Source: a virus (taxonomy: Duplodnaviria; Caudoviricetes). From it: a stretch of 64,000 nt of DNA. Every line of letters begins with the position of its first letter. Within the stretch, counting starts at the first letter, position 1. The notes beneath the pieces are model-generated. The model was not told the origin of the DNA. It saw nothing but the letters and a program-made list of their open reading frames with translations, and made no database searches. Of the stretch, positions 9,734 through 19,328 are shown piece after piece. The DNA lies in the IMG/VR virus record IMGVR_UViG_2894625894_000003, positions 32,001 to 96,000 of that record; one strand, written 5' to 3'. The translations under genes were made by a program, and so were the position numbers.

Positions 9734-10231
9734 ATGAACAGAAGACAATTTAAACTAACCAAAACATACCCGGGTTCACCTCCTGAAAATACAATACGGG
9801 AATATGCCTGGACAGGAAGCCTGAACGCACCCCCCTACTTGGCTAGTCAGCGAGAATTTAGAGAATGTATAACCTTTCCCGAATTCTGGCAGGAAATTGA
9901 TGTAGCTACACCCACCGTGATATTAACTACTCAGGATGGAGTAGCCATTACGGATCCGGAACAGCCCGTATACTGGTTACAGTGCATGCATAACTGGCAA
10001 CGGGACAAATGGGTAGCCCGGCAATGTTTTACCAAAGACTGGTCGGGAGAAGAACAGCCCAAGAAACGGTTAACAGATCCTAACTACAAGGCCTTCTCTA
10101 CGGTGGAGGCACTGGAAGTTTATGAATACTGGAACCGGCCCCGGGTATCGTATACGGTCATTAATGGTTTGTTAGAACGGTTTAACCCCGATTTGATTCG
10201 AGACCAGCTCCAACAATTAATCCATGCGTAA
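9734..10231 (+). CDS. Bacteroidota-phage hypothetical protein
   Basis: KLTKTYPGSP...PEFWQE...LTTQDGV pattern. Confidence 0.75.
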   Translation: MNRRQFKLTKTYPGSPPENTIREYAWTGSLNAPPYLASQREFRECITFPEFWQEIDVATPTVILTTQDGVAITDPEQPVYWLQCMHNWQRDKWVARQCFTKDWSGEEQPKKRLTDPNYKAFSTVEALEVYEYWNRPRVSYTVINGLLERFNPDLIRDQLQQLIHA

Positions 10232-10595
10232 GCCAGTCGTTAAACCCCTAAATGCTGGTGATACGGTATATCGGTTGACCCGGCGTGGCGTAAGTGAACA
10301 TGTGGTTGTCGATGTCTGGAAACATATCGTGAGTATTCGAATAAACCACGGTATAGTCAAACTGAATCGATACCTGGTTGATGGTGAAAAAGCAAGAAAC
10401 AGTTCCGACACGTACCGTACTCATACCTTCTACCGGAACCGAAGCCATCCCGATCTGGAACCCTATCCCACAAATCAGCAACGGGATCAGATTAACGGGT
10501 TACTGGCTAAACTTCGATATGAAGTGAGAAACAAAACCACCCAGAGCCGGCTGGCAGTAATTTACCGGATGTTAAATCAACTTGTTAATACCTAA
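10224..10595 (+). CDS. Hypothetical basic protein
   Basis: 123 aa in operon. Confidence 0.65.
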   Translation: MRKPVVKPLNAGDTVYRLTRRGVSEHVVVDVWKHIVSIRINHGIVKLNRYLVDGEKARNSSDTYRTHTFYRNRSHPDLEPYPTNQQRDQINGLLAKLRYEVRNKTTQSRLAVIYRMLNQLVNT

Positions 10596-10604
10596 TTTAT
10601 CGAG

Positions 10605-11096
10605 ATGGATTACCCATTACTGTTACCTAGTGACCCCTATTTACCCCTGGTTACCGAATTTTACCAGGCAAGTCAGACACCCTTTCTATCCCGTCCGGCT
10701 TTTCCATCGGTGGCCCGGCAAGAGTTACGGGCAAGACTGCTTCAGGAAGAGCTGGACGAATACATTGAAGCACTCCGGGAAGGAAATTTAACTAAGGTCC
10801 TGGACGCCCTGGCCGATTTGCAATATATCCTGACAGGCACCGTTTTAGAGTTCGGCATGGGGACTGTCTTTGTTCCCGCTTTCCGTGAAGTTCAACGGTC
10901 AAATATGAGCAAATTCTGCATCACTGACCAGGAGGTTACCGATACCATCGAATCATATCGTTCAAAGGGCATAGAAACCAAGTCAGTAACAACTGGTAAC
11001 CAAACAGTTATACTCCGTACAGAAGACGAAAAAATACTCAAATCTGTGCAATACTCTCCTGCAGAATTAGCTAAATTTGTTCAAAGCGACAACTAA
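10605..11096 (+). CDS. MazG-like / PRA-PH-like nucleotide pyrophosphohydrolase
   Basis: LLQEELDEY...VLDALADLQY...FREVQRSNMSK...KILKS. Confidence 0.88.
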   Translation: MDYPLLLPSDPYLPLVTEFYQASQTPFLSRPAFPSVARQELRARLLQEELDEYIEALREGNLTKVLDALADLQYILTGTVLEFGMGTVFVPAFREVQRSNMSKFCITDQEVTDTIESYRSKGIETKSVTTGNQTVILRTEDEKILKSVQYSPAELAKFVQSDN

Positions 11097-11100
11097 AACA

Positions 11101-11280
11101 ATGGGCAACGATACTAAAACAGATAGTAGGTCACAGGAGGATACCATTCAGGTTGAGTGCAGTACGGGTAGAAATAACCAGATTACTAAGCTCCAGGTTC
11201 GTGTTGAGGGAAGAATGGACCCCGAGGCAATTTGCCGATTGTTAGATGAAGCCAAGATTCAGTTACTGGCGGCTGACTAG
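11101..11280 (+). CDS. Hypothetical protein
   Basis: ATG 11101; last gene before terminator. Confidence 0.6.
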   Translation: MGNDTKTDSRSQEDTIQVECSTGRNNQITKLQVRVEGRMDPEAICRLLDEAKIQLLAAD

Positions 11281-11299
11281 GTAGTGCACTATAAACAGA

Positions 11300-11326
11300 A
11301 AAAGGGTCCTGTATAAGGACCCTTTT
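11300..11326. terminator. Bidirectional intrinsic terminator
   Basis: Perfect aaaagggtcct / aggaccctttt inverted repeat between convergent gene blocks. Confidence 0.85.
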
Positions 11327-11337
11327 GAGACAACAAC

Positions 11338-11368
11338 AGGAAGTGGCTATAGCCCCACTTCCTTTTTT
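11338..11368 (+). terminator. Second intrinsic terminator
   Basis: aggaagtgg / ccacttcct stem followed by T tract. Confidence 0.75.
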
Positions 11369-11381
11369 ATTTTAATTGGGT

Positions 11382-12530
11382 TCAGGAACCGGTCAACCGA
11401 AACGAACGGGTTTCGAGAAAACCGATAAGTAGCTCTGCAATGGCCTGCTGGCCTGCAACGTTCCAGTGAACCCGGTTACCGGAAGTCGACGAGTCTGTTG
11501 TGGTGAAATACGTATCGCCTACATTGGAAAAAGCTGATCCCAGATTGAGGTACATTACTTTTGAAGGCTGATTAAACTGAGCAACAACCTGGGCATCAAT
11601 GGCCCGGATATAACCTGCCAGGGTTTCACCCGATGAACCGGCTGAACGAGGACCAGGTCCCAGGATAATCAAGGGGGCCTCATACTGTTTTAGCCAGTCA
11701 TTGATAAATCTATTCAGATTTACACGGTAGGCAGCCGTATCCGAATCATTGGTTCCTAATGCCCATAGGCCCAGGGAGGGATCTTTGATCCCTTGTAACC
11801 GTCCTCCTCCCCTGATCTTGTCAAATAAGACAGAGCTTTGTCCAGCAGCGGATTTGTCGACCAGGTGGATTGGTTGATTTTTACCTTTAAAGTAAGCCTT
11901 GAGTCGCCAAGTCCAAACTTCCCATCGAGAGGTAATGCCGGCTACGGATGTACCCTCCGTATTAGAATCGCCATAGATATACAGATGGTAGGGAGCTTCA
12001 TAGTCATTGTCAGCACTGGCCGTATAACCATGAACACCAAAACCCAAAGCACCTCGCCGGGTTGTATCCGTCTTGCCCTGCAGTCGAAGGGAAATGGCAC
12101 CATCTCCGCCATAAATGACGGCATTGGCTGGGTAGCTATTGCTGCCTGTATAGAGTTGAAGATCTCCCGAGTTGGGACGGCCCATACTCACCCGGGCGAA
12201 TACGGGGATGGTTGTTCCTAACGTGTAGTGGTCGATATACCACTTTTTGGTAATGGGTGGATTGAAACCACCTACGGTAACCGGACTACCAAACGTACCG
12301 AACGATAAGGTGGATGAATTGGCGACAGTTGTGGTAGTAGAAGCCGGAAAACCTGTGGGATAGGTAAGACCTGCCGTCTCCAGGTCCAGTCCTTCGATAC
12401 GTATCCGTTCAGCTTCGGTATAGTTGACGGTTCGAACGGTATTCAGTAAGGTAGTGGGAAAACCGCTTGACTGGCCCTTCGACAAAAGGGGAAGGATCAG
12501 CAGCAGACAAAGGGAAAGGTATTTGAACAT
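11382..12530 (-). CDS. SGNH/GDSL hydrolase with N-terminal signal peptide
   Basis: YGDSNT, GQSS, LGTND, VHWN blocks; N-terminus MFKYLSLCLLLILPLLSKG-Q. Confidence 0.85.
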   Translation of the reverse strand: MFKYLSLCLLLILPLLSKGQSSGFPTTLLNTVRTVNYTEAERIRIEGLDLETAGLTYPTGFPASTTTTVANSSTLSFGTFGSPVTVGGFNPPITKKWYIDHYTLGTTIPVFARVSMGRPNSGDLQLYTGSNSYPANAVIYGGDGAISLRLQGKTDTTRRGALGFGVHGYTASADNDYEAPYHLYIYGDSNTEGTSVAGITSRWEVWTWRLKAYFKGKNQPIHLVDKSAAGQSSVLFDKIRGGGRLQGIKDPSLGLWALGTNDSDTAAYRVNLNRFINDWLKQYEAPLIILGPGPRSAGSSGETLAGYIRAIDAQVVAQFNQPSKVMYLNLGSAFSNVGDTYFTTTDSSTSGNRVHWNVAGQQAIAELLIGFLETRSFRLTGS

Positions 12531-12543
12531 GAGCTACCGGTTG

Positions 12544-12813
12544 TTAACCGTTTGGATTAAATAAGCCAGCCAGGTCTCGTAGCTGAGCATCAAGTTGGGA
12601 TGGATCAATGGTATTACCGTTTTCATCCACCAGGGTATCCTTAATAATGCCGGATTTCTGCCCAGAGAGTAGTAGGGAGTCCGCCAGATAAACAACAGGA
12701 CGGAATACGGCGGCCAGGTCCATAATTGTCTGGAGCTGACTACCCGAAATGGTAAACTGATCCTCTTTGTTCCAGGTAGAGGTACGATGAATGGTGGTGG
12801 GCTGTTGGGCCAT
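12544..12813 (-). CDS. Hypothetical protein
   Basis: ATG 12813 (MAQQPTT...WNKEDQFTISG). Confidence 0.7.
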   Translation of the reverse strand: MAQQPTTIHRTSTWNKEDQFTISGSQLQTIMDLAAVFRPVVYLADSLLLSGQKSGIIKDTLVDENGNTIDPSQLDAQLRDLAGLFNPNG

Positions 12814-12856
12814 AAAGCAGGTTTTTAGTATACAATCGGTCGTAACAAGTAGAACC

Positions 12857-12864
12857 CAAAAATA
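12857..12864 (-). promoter_or_regulatory. Possible Bacteroidota -7 promoter element
   Basis: TATTTTTG on minus strand about 45 nt upstream of ATG 12813. Confidence 0.35.
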
Positions 12865-12904
12865 CACCAAAAACCTGCTGACCCCAGTACCCGAAAGTCG
12901 GTAC

Positions 12905-13096
12905 CTATTCCACCTTAATACATCCCGGAAAAACAGTACAGTTGGCTAGACGACGGATTTTGTTTCGAACAGCCCCGTCTTCCAGGAAAACGGCTACTTC
13001 GGGAATGGCCAGTACATTAGCCTGTTTGATGATAATATCAGCCAGCTGATCCTTGGTCAGGGCTGTTAACTGGCTACGTTGGGTGTAGATCTGCAT
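12905..13096 (-). CDS. Hypothetical protein
   Basis: 63 aa, tiles with neighbours. Confidence 0.55.
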   Translation of the reverse strand: MQIYTQRSQLTALTKDQLADIIIKQANVLAIPEVAVFLEDGAVRNKIRRLANCTVFPGCIKVE

Positions 13097-13107
13097 GGGT
13101 GTGTGGA

Positions 13108-13611
13108 TTAGGCTTCAGTTTCGCCAGGAGTCTCATCCGGCTCTGGTGTTGGGGCAACGTAACCCCCATATTTATTTCGGCTTACGGACCGGTTCATTTC
13201 CCGCAGCAGGAATGATCGGATGATTTCCCACAGTGTCGTATTATCGGAGATAACCATTCCCATGTCCCGAAGTTTACCCAGCGTCAGGCTTTGGAACCAG
13301 GCTTTCTGGGAGATGGCATCAGGAGTCCCTTCTTCAACAAGATCCCCCACCTCATTGACGAACGATTCCTGAGTTGTGGTTAATACAACAATGGGCTGAG
13401 AACTGGCCAGGTAGGCCTGACGAGTGGCCGAGTCATAGTTCAGGTTTTGGGCGGCAGCCTGATACGTTTCCCCGGTTTGCAGTAAAGGGTGGCATTCGGT
13501 TCGCTGGATCAACTCGCCATACCGATTGATCATAAAATAGTCGTTGATGACTATACGGTCCTGGGCAGATCCAGGAAGCGTAGGGGCAGGTATACTGATT
13601 AACTCGCTCAT
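13108..13611 (-). CDS. Hypothetical protein (fibre-associated?)
   Basis: ATG 13611 directly after collagen-like gene. Confidence 0.7.
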   Translation of the reverse strand: MSELISIPAPTLPGSAQDRIVINDYFMINRYGELIQRTECHPLLQTGETYQAAAQNLNYDSATRQAYLASSQPIVVLTTTQESFVNEVGDLVEEGTPDAISQKAWFQSLTLGKLRDMGMVISDNTTLWEIIRSFLLREMNRSVSRNKYGGYVAPTPEPDETPGETEA

Positions 13612-13613
13612 AA

Positions 13614-14531
13614 TTATGTGAAGGAAATGTACGATAAGGTGCCGGCATCGTTCCAATACAATCGCCTCCAGCCGGCACTTGTGTTTTTGACTAACCGAAA
13701 GGTCCCATTGACAATATCAGTAGCCGTGGGATCCTGGGTTATAACTAGGGGGCTAACGGGCACCCAGCTGCCGCTTACATAAAACAACATGTCCCCCGGG
13801 TTCCCAACTGGTAAATTGCTCTCGCCTTTTTCGCCTACAGCCACTACGGTCGATCCTGGAGCTATGGTATTACCCGCCCCCATACCAATAGAGCTGGTTC
13901 GTTGCAGATAAACCGTTTGTGTACCCAGTTTACCGGCAACCTTGTAGTAGCCGCCGGGGGATCCAGTGGCCACATTGAAGATGTAGAGGTTCATTCCCTG
14001 AGCAACCCAAACATTTGTTGCCAAAGAAACGGTAGCCAAGGCACCCATCACGGCTGGCTGGGTAAAGGCGGCTGCTAGGGTTGAATACGCCCCAATACCC
14101 GTAGCTCCTGTATCTCCCTTTGGACCCGGCACCAGGCTGGCATCACCCTTTGGAATACCCAAGCTAAGTACCTGATTGGGTGGGGTACCCGTTACTTCAG
14201 CCGTTGCCTGAGCCCCCGGAGCCAGGGTAGAAACTGTTCCAATAGTTAATTTAGCCGGAGGTCCAGCAGGACCTGGTTCACCAGGAATGCTTTCCCCTGC
14301 CGGCCCTTGTGGACCAGTAGGCCCTTCTGGTCCCTGTATACTGTTTAGGTAATCAGAAAAGCTGGCCCCTGGGTTGTGTTCGACATACTGTTCATAAGCA
14401 GTCTTTCCTGGAAGCCCCTGGGGGCCTCTGGAACCTACCTGATTAGTTTGTTGACGGGCTTCCAGTGTGGCAACCCGCTGACTTAACTGGGTAACAAGTC
14501 CAGCTAGTGAGTCTTCAGTGATGTTTGCCAT
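13614..14531 (-). CDS. Collagen-like fibre protein
   Basis: Gly-X-Y runs (GPEGPTGPQGPAGE, GPKGDTGATG); LSLGIPKGD motif; N-terminal coiled coil. Confidence 0.85.
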   Translation of the reverse strand: MANITEDSLAGLVTQLSQRVATLEARQQTNQVGSRGPQGLPGKTAYEQYVEHNPGASFSDYLNSIQGPEGPTGPQGPAGESIPGEPGPAGPPAKLTIGTVSTLAPGAQATAEVTGTPPNQVLSLGIPKGDASLVPGPKGDTGATGIGAYSTLAAAFTQPAVMGALATVSLATNVWVAQGMNLYIFNVATGSPGGYYKVAGKLGTQTVYLQRTSSIGMGAGNTIAPGSTVVAVGEKGESNLPVGNPGDMLFYVSGSWVPVSPLVITQDPTATDIVNGTFRLVKNTSAGWRRLYWNDAGTLSYISFT

Positions 14532-14941
14532 TATCGTTTAAGTTGGCCCATTCGGGCGTAAGGCCCCCGGCCAAAAATGCGGACAGCCAGGTAGCGAAGG
14601 TGGTTATCGACCCAGCTTCGGGGCAAGGGTCGGAGGTGTTTCATCAGGAGTAAAAATTCCCGGTCCGCGTCTGCCCGGCTTAGCAGATGGGAAGCGTACA
14701 GATAATCATGGACTACATCCGCTAAAATGTGGTCCCCAACCGGAGGAAAGATCCACCAGAGAAGTTTTGGCACTGAGGCAAAGTCGGTACAAAACCCAGC
14801 TGGTATAGTCAGAGTTAACCCTGTTGATAAAGTAATTACTAGGGATTCTACTAGCCAGAAACATTGCCGACTCTGCCCTTGACGATCCTCAGTATACGTT
14901 GGATATTGGACGGCTACATAACGGGGTAAGATTGGGGTCAT
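14531..14941 (-). CDS. DUF1353-family protein
   Basis: IPAGFCTDFASVP..LWW..PP...VVHDYLY...RADAD..F...AVRIFG. Confidence 0.88.
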   Translation of the reverse strand: MTPILPRYVAVQYPTYTEDRQGQSRQCFWLVESLVITLSTGLTLTIPAGFCTDFASVPKLLWWIFPPVGDHILADVVHDYLYASHLLSRADADREFLLLMKHLRPLPRSWVDNHLRYLAVRIFGRGPYARMGQLKR

Positions 14942-15219
14942 TATGTCCGGGCGACCAGAGGGGAAGCATAATAATTTTCCCCATCATAAAAGGTTAGGGA
15001 TTGACCAAAGTCTTCGTCTTCGGTCAGAATAAAAATGGCGGGTTGGCCTTCAATCACCATAGTACGGGCACTGGTCAGAGTGGTTGTTACGGATACAGTC
15101 GGCCTGGTTTCTTCCAGGCCCAACACCTTTTTGAGGAGTTCAATAATTAGCCGATATAAACCATCCGGGGATTTATCGACCTGTCCGGGTCGGAGCAACA
15201 GGCAAGCAGGGGTGTTCAT
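14941..15219 (-). CDS. Small fibre-module protein
   Basis: ATG 15219; stop/start overlap with downstream gene. Confidence 0.6.
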   Translation of the reverse strand: MNTPACLLLRPGQVDKSPDGLYRLIIELLKKVLGLEETRPTVSVTTTLTSARTMVIEGQPAIFILTEDEDFGQSLTFYDGENYYASPLVART

Positions 15220-15279
15220 AGACGCAGTGGGTAAGCCGAACAATCCAACATAAGTTATAGGAAGAGTTGTCCGAAAGAC

Positions 15280-15852
15280 TTATTCATTACCGGTTGTTGG
15301 GGTTTGTTCGGATTCCGGGATGGTTTCTTCTTCAGGAACAGAAGGTTCCGAAGGCTCACCGTCCCCTGGATCTTCATCGAATGGTTCATCCAATGGATCG
15401 GTTTCTTCTGCCAGTTCCTCTACAGGCTCCTCGGGCTGGGGTTGCGGCTCTGGTGTCGGTTCAGGCTCAGATTCTGGTTCGACTACCGCAACAATAGGCG
15501 GCTTAAACTCCGGCATGGTGCCCCCGTTAGCCACAATGACATCTGCTAGAACATCCGGTTCAAGCTGCATGATCAGACCAGCTACGGCGTACATCGTTTC
15601 TGGTTTCAATGTTCGTTTGGGGAGCCAGTCCACGAACGGGGTAATGATTTCTCCCGTGGCCAGGAATCGGTAGTTGGATCGAACAACGGCCTGACCCGTA
15701 TACGTTCGGCTTATAACACGCTGATTGGTGTCGGCTTCAACGACAATGTCAACGATTTCATCATCGAGCAATTGTTGAATCTGTTCAGGGGACAGGAATT
15801 TCCAGTTAGCACGGAGCATTTCCACCGTGTCCAGTACTAGGGTTGGAGACAT
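15280..15852 (-). CDS. Hypothetical protein with acidic Pro/Glu-rich tail
   Basis: 190 aa; EPESEPEPTPEPQPQPEE low-complexity C-terminus. Confidence 0.75.
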   Translation of the reverse strand: MSPTLVLDTVEMLRANWKFLSPEQIQQLLDDEIVDIVVEADTNQRVISRTYTGQAVVRSNYRFLATGEIITPFVDWLPKRTLKPETMYAVAGLIMQLEPDVLADVIVANGGTMPEFKPPIVAVVEPESEPEPTPEPQPQPEEPVEELAEETDPLDEPFDEDPGDGEPSEPSVPEEETIPESEQTPTTGNE

Positions 15853-15896
15853 TATGGTAATTGGTTAAAGGGAGAGGTTACCGACCAGATCGGCAG

Positions 15897-17168
15897 TTAT
15901 TGAGTGAGTGATTGAAGAAGAGAGTTACTGACTTGACGGGGATAATAAACGACCTTTCGAATCCAGGCACAGAGATTGTTTGTTCCGTTCGGGTTTGACC
16001 CTAAGGAAATCTGGGTAACTGAACCGATACTTGTTGCACTAGTATTGGGTGTTAAGCCTTCTCGCGTAAGCACACGATTTGAAGACGAATAACTCATTCC
16101 GTGCCGAACGGTGCCTGTACTCGTAACCCCTTGCTTAGTAAAAGAAGCCGTCCCATTGTAACTTTCAGTATCCTGTTGACCTGTTGATCGGATCCCTAAG
16201 AAGTTGTTCGCACCATCATAGCCAATAATTCTGGCCGTAACTCTTTGGCCAAGCACCGTTTCAGCAATCCAGGTACCCTGCGAGGGATTAAACCAATTGA
16301 GGTTATTTAATAGGCATAAATCACCTGATCTTGTAACCGAACTCGCTGCTGTGGGGATGTACGAGGTTACGAATGCGCCTGATTCGAGTTGAGCACCAAA
16401 TAAATATAGCCCTTCACCGCCTGACAGATTTGTCGGTGCCTCTTCACCACTTGTACCCACAAGGCAAACTCCTGTCACATTTGTGCCTGTAGCTTCTGTT
16501 ATGGTTCTGGTTGCCCATATTCTATACCACCCGTTACCAACAGACTGATAACCGTAAGACTGGTAAGAAGATAGGTTTGAGCCACCCCAAGTAAGGGTAG
16601 TCAAATTGAACATGGCGTGAGTCCCTGTACTTGCAACCCTAAGGCCGACATAATCGTAGTTATACCGTTTTACGAATGCAGAAACGGTATAGGTTGCACC
16701 ATTTGTTAGGGTTAGAGACTGTCGAACAAAACAGTGTAGCTTACTGGTATTAGTAGTAAACAAAGCGGCATTAGTTGTGCCTGTAGGAGATACTTCGACA
16801 TTATCCGTAACAACTGCAACACCACCCCCTTTTGTCCAGGTCCCATTCGCGAAGTTTTCACTGCGCAGAAACAGATTCGTCCTCGACTCCTCAATCAAAA
16901 TCCCCCTCGCCTGCAACGTAACAGGATCGTAATCAAATCGAGGCTGGTTAGCCGCTACAGTTTCGATTAACCCTGTTGAATTAGTTCGAGTACCGATACT
17001 GTTTCGAGTAAATGTCAATCGAGAATCTAATGTCTCCGTATTGGTGAACGACAAATTCAGACTCGGAGTAAACTGGCTGATTGTACCTGACAGCTGGGCC
17101 GAACAGGTACCTATATACGTCATCAGGATAAACATCCAGACGACGAGTTTTTTCAGGAAATGCTTCAT
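15897..17168 (-). CDS. Phage spike/fibre protein (carbohydrate-binding/LamG-like) with signal peptide
   Basis: TFTRNS...PRFDYDPVT....GILIEESRTNL, GNGWYR, GAQLESG..TSYIPT....TRS; hydrophobic N-terminus ending CSA-Q. Confidence 0.8.
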   Translation of the reverse strand: MKHFLKKLVVWMFILMTYIGTCSAQLSGTISQFTPSLNLSFTNTETLDSRLTFTRNSIGTRTNSTGLIETVAANQPRFDYDPVTLQARGILIEESRTNLFLRSENFANGTWTKGGGVAVVTDNVEVSPTGTTNAALFTTNTSKLHCFVRQSLTLTNGATYTVSAFVKRYNYDYVGLRVASTGTHAMFNLTTLTWGGSNLSSYQSYGYQSVGNGWYRIWATRTITEATGTNVTGVCLVGTSGEEAPTNLSGGEGLYLFGAQLESGAFVTSYIPTAASSVTRSGDLCLLNNLNWFNPSQGTWIAETVLGQRVTARIIGYDGANNFLGIRSTGQQDTESYNGTASFTKQGVTSTGTVRHGMSYSSSNRVLTREGLTPNTSATSIGSVTQISLGSNPNGTNNLCAWIRKVVYYPRQVSNSLLQSLTQ

Positions 17169-19084
17169 TATTGTTTCGAGTAGAATCCGTCGAGTTCGGT
17201 AGTCGAGCTGGCCACAATGTCGAACACAGTGACACCATCTACAGCGGTGTTGAGATCAACAGTAGCACCGCCAGGGAATCGGATGGCTGCCGGCAGGGTG
17301 AGTGTATAGCCTCCGGCTCCTCCCTGCTTGACGCGGAGGTATAGGTGTTTACCAGCTGTGTAGTTCGTCAGGGTAATCGTCGTGTTACCGGTGATTGTAA
17401 TGTAGTGGTACACGTTGTCCGAGAGGGACATGTCGATCGTGTACGTAGTAGCAACAGAGGTGTTTGTTGTTGTTAGGTTTGAACCACGTACTCCACCAAG
17501 AAATGAACCACCCCCGTAACTCTTCAGAAATATAGGAGTAGTACTGTTACCCAAAAACAGCGTATTATTCTGTGTTCCCGTTTCTCCATTACCGGCATCT
17601 ACACCAAGAAATATATTATTACTTCCAGTAAATCCAGCAGCAACATTTCGACCTGCATTATACCCTAAGAACGTGTTATTGCTTAAAGTTGCATAGATAG
17701 AATTAAATCCTGCTGATCTACCTACTGCTGTATTATTGGCACCAGTACTTACTTGTTGAAGTGCTGATTCTCCAATAACTGTATTAAATGCTCCTGTTGT
17801 TAGTGCTGTACTGGCACTACTACCTACAATAGTGTTTCCAGCCCCGGTTAATGTTATATTTCCATTGCCACCTAGAAATAAGTTATTAGTGCCCGGAGTT
17901 TTAGCTAAATCAACACCTCCTAATGTATATTTCCCTGTTACATCGATGCCAGAAGATGTAGCAATTAAAACATTGGTTCCTGCTTGTTGTAAGCGAACAC
18001 CAGATGCAGCACCGTTTATAGTAACTAATCCATTCCCTCCATTTGCATTAATTGCAAAGTCACCTCCTGTTGATGCTGCACTTGCATAGCCGATAGTACC
18101 TTGATAGGAGCCGTCATTCCCACGTGCAAAATTTATTTGTCCGGCATTATTCGTACTACCGAAATAATGGTTTCGAGTTGTTAGGCTTAGTGAACCGGGA
18201 CCGCCAATTATGCCATTGGTGTACGTATTGCCTGTAAATTCTGCAATGTTCGTACTAGATACCTGAGTAGTAGAACCGAATGTCCAGCCGCCGTTTTCCT
18301 GCATTTTTGAGAATGCATTAACGGCGTTGTTTCTGAATAAAATGCCGCTACTACCAGTTCTGGCACTTAATACCTCAGTAAATACAGTGCCTATTCTTGC
18401 ACCACCAAATGCCTTTCCTGATATACCGACATTCCCACCTCCATCAGTTGGTGGATAAACATCGTTGCCGACCTGAATAGGCTGATTAAACGTAACAGCT
18501 CCCGTACTGATGAAGTTAACAACACCTGCATCGGTGATAGCCATGTAACCCGTGTTGCCGAAATTTCTGAATGCTGTTGTTAGACCTGTTTTCCCTCGGA
18601 ATATTTGGGAATAAATCTGGTTATCAACCGTTAGGTCCCGACTGAAAAAAGCATCCCGCCAGCGAGTAGTTAAGTTACCGAAGTCGTAGCCATTGTCAAC
18701 ACCTGGGAACAACGAGTTAGCTACCGTGAAATTACCCGTATTAGCCGCTAGATAAATCCCATTGGTGGCCCCGTGTCGAAACACAATACTCCTGTTACCA
18801 CCAGCCTGTATCGTAATACCAGCCTGAGCTGATGTCTGATCATTGATGACTAGCTGGGTAGCACTACCCCCCATGGCGGCTGTCGTTGCCGTTCCGAGAT
18901 TCAAGCCACCTACAACGGTGAGGCTGTTGAACTGCCCTGTCGATCCGGCTACAACCAGTGTCTTCCAGGCTGTTGCTACATTAGGACGGTATTCTAGCTT
19001 TCCGTTATTTTCCCGAAACCCTACCTGGCTAAATCCAGGCAGACCGGTTAACAACAGGGCCAGTAATACAAGATACTTTTTCAT
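17168..19084 (-). CDS. Tail fibre/adhesin-like beta-helix protein with signal peptide
   Basis: NTxxG-xxA repeats (NTIVG, NTVIG, NTAVG, NTFLG, NIFLG); C-terminal TGNTTITLTN...VKQGGAGGYTLT domain; N-terminus MKKYLVLLALLLTGLPGFS-Q. Confidence 0.8.
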   Translation of the reverse strand: MKKYLVLLALLLTGLPGFSQVGFRENNGKLEYRPNVATAWKTLVVAGSTGQFNSLTVVGGLNLGTATTAAMGGSATQLVINDQTSAQAGITIQAGGNRSIVFRHGATNGIYLAANTGNFTVANSLFPGVDNGYDFGNLTTRWRDAFFSRDLTVDNQIYSQIFRGKTGLTTAFRNFGNTGYMAITDAGVVNFISTGAVTFNQPIQVGNDVYPPTDGGGNVGISGKAFGGARIGTVFTEVLSARTGSSGILFRNNAVNAFSKMQENGGWTFGSTTQVSSTNIAEFTGNTYTNGIIGGPGSLSLTTRNHYFGSTNNAGQINFARGNDGSYQGTIGYASAASTGGDFAINANGGNGLVTINGAASGVRLQQAGTNVLIATSSGIDVTGKYTLGGVDLAKTPGTNNLFLGGNGNITLTGAGNTIVGSSASTALTTGAFNTVIGESALQQVSTGANNTAVGRSAGFNSIYATLSNNTFLGYNAGRNVAAGFTGSNNIFLGVDAGNGETGTQNNTLFLGNSTTPIFLKSYGGGSFLGGVRGSNLTTTNTSVATTYTIDMSLSDNVYHYITITGNTTITLTNYTAGKHLYLRVKQGGAGGYTLTLPAAIRFPGGATVDLNTAVDGVTVFDIVASSTTELDGFYSKQ

Positions 19085-19086
19085 AG

Positions 19087-19317
19087 TTAAATGTTGGATA
19101 GATCGAGTACCAGTGGTTTAAGGCTGGTTGGTGTTTTCTGGTAGGTAGTATCCGTTTCCAGGATATAAACCAGGGTAGCTCGGGTGACCGTCAAGTCAGT
19201 GGCATCCTGGAGCGTGGTCACCGTGATCAGACCGGATCCACCTGACTGGTTTTGTTCCAGCTGGTTTATTCGGGCCTGTGCACAGCGTAGCATGTTGGTA
19301 AGCTGTGTGGTAGTCAT
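19087..19317 (-). CDS. Small fibre-module protein
   Basis: 76 aa, N-terminal coiled coil, tiles operon. Confidence 0.65.
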   Translation of the reverse strand: MTTTQLTNMLRCAQARINQLEQNQSGGSGLITVTTLQDATDLTVTRATLVYILETDTTYQKTPTSLKPLVLDLSNI

Positions 19318-19328
19318 GTAAGGAAGGG

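Noticed and set aside
15280-15500. Short repeats suggesting a tandem-repeat element
   Set aside because: Explained by the Pro/Glu low-complexity tail of the encoded protein
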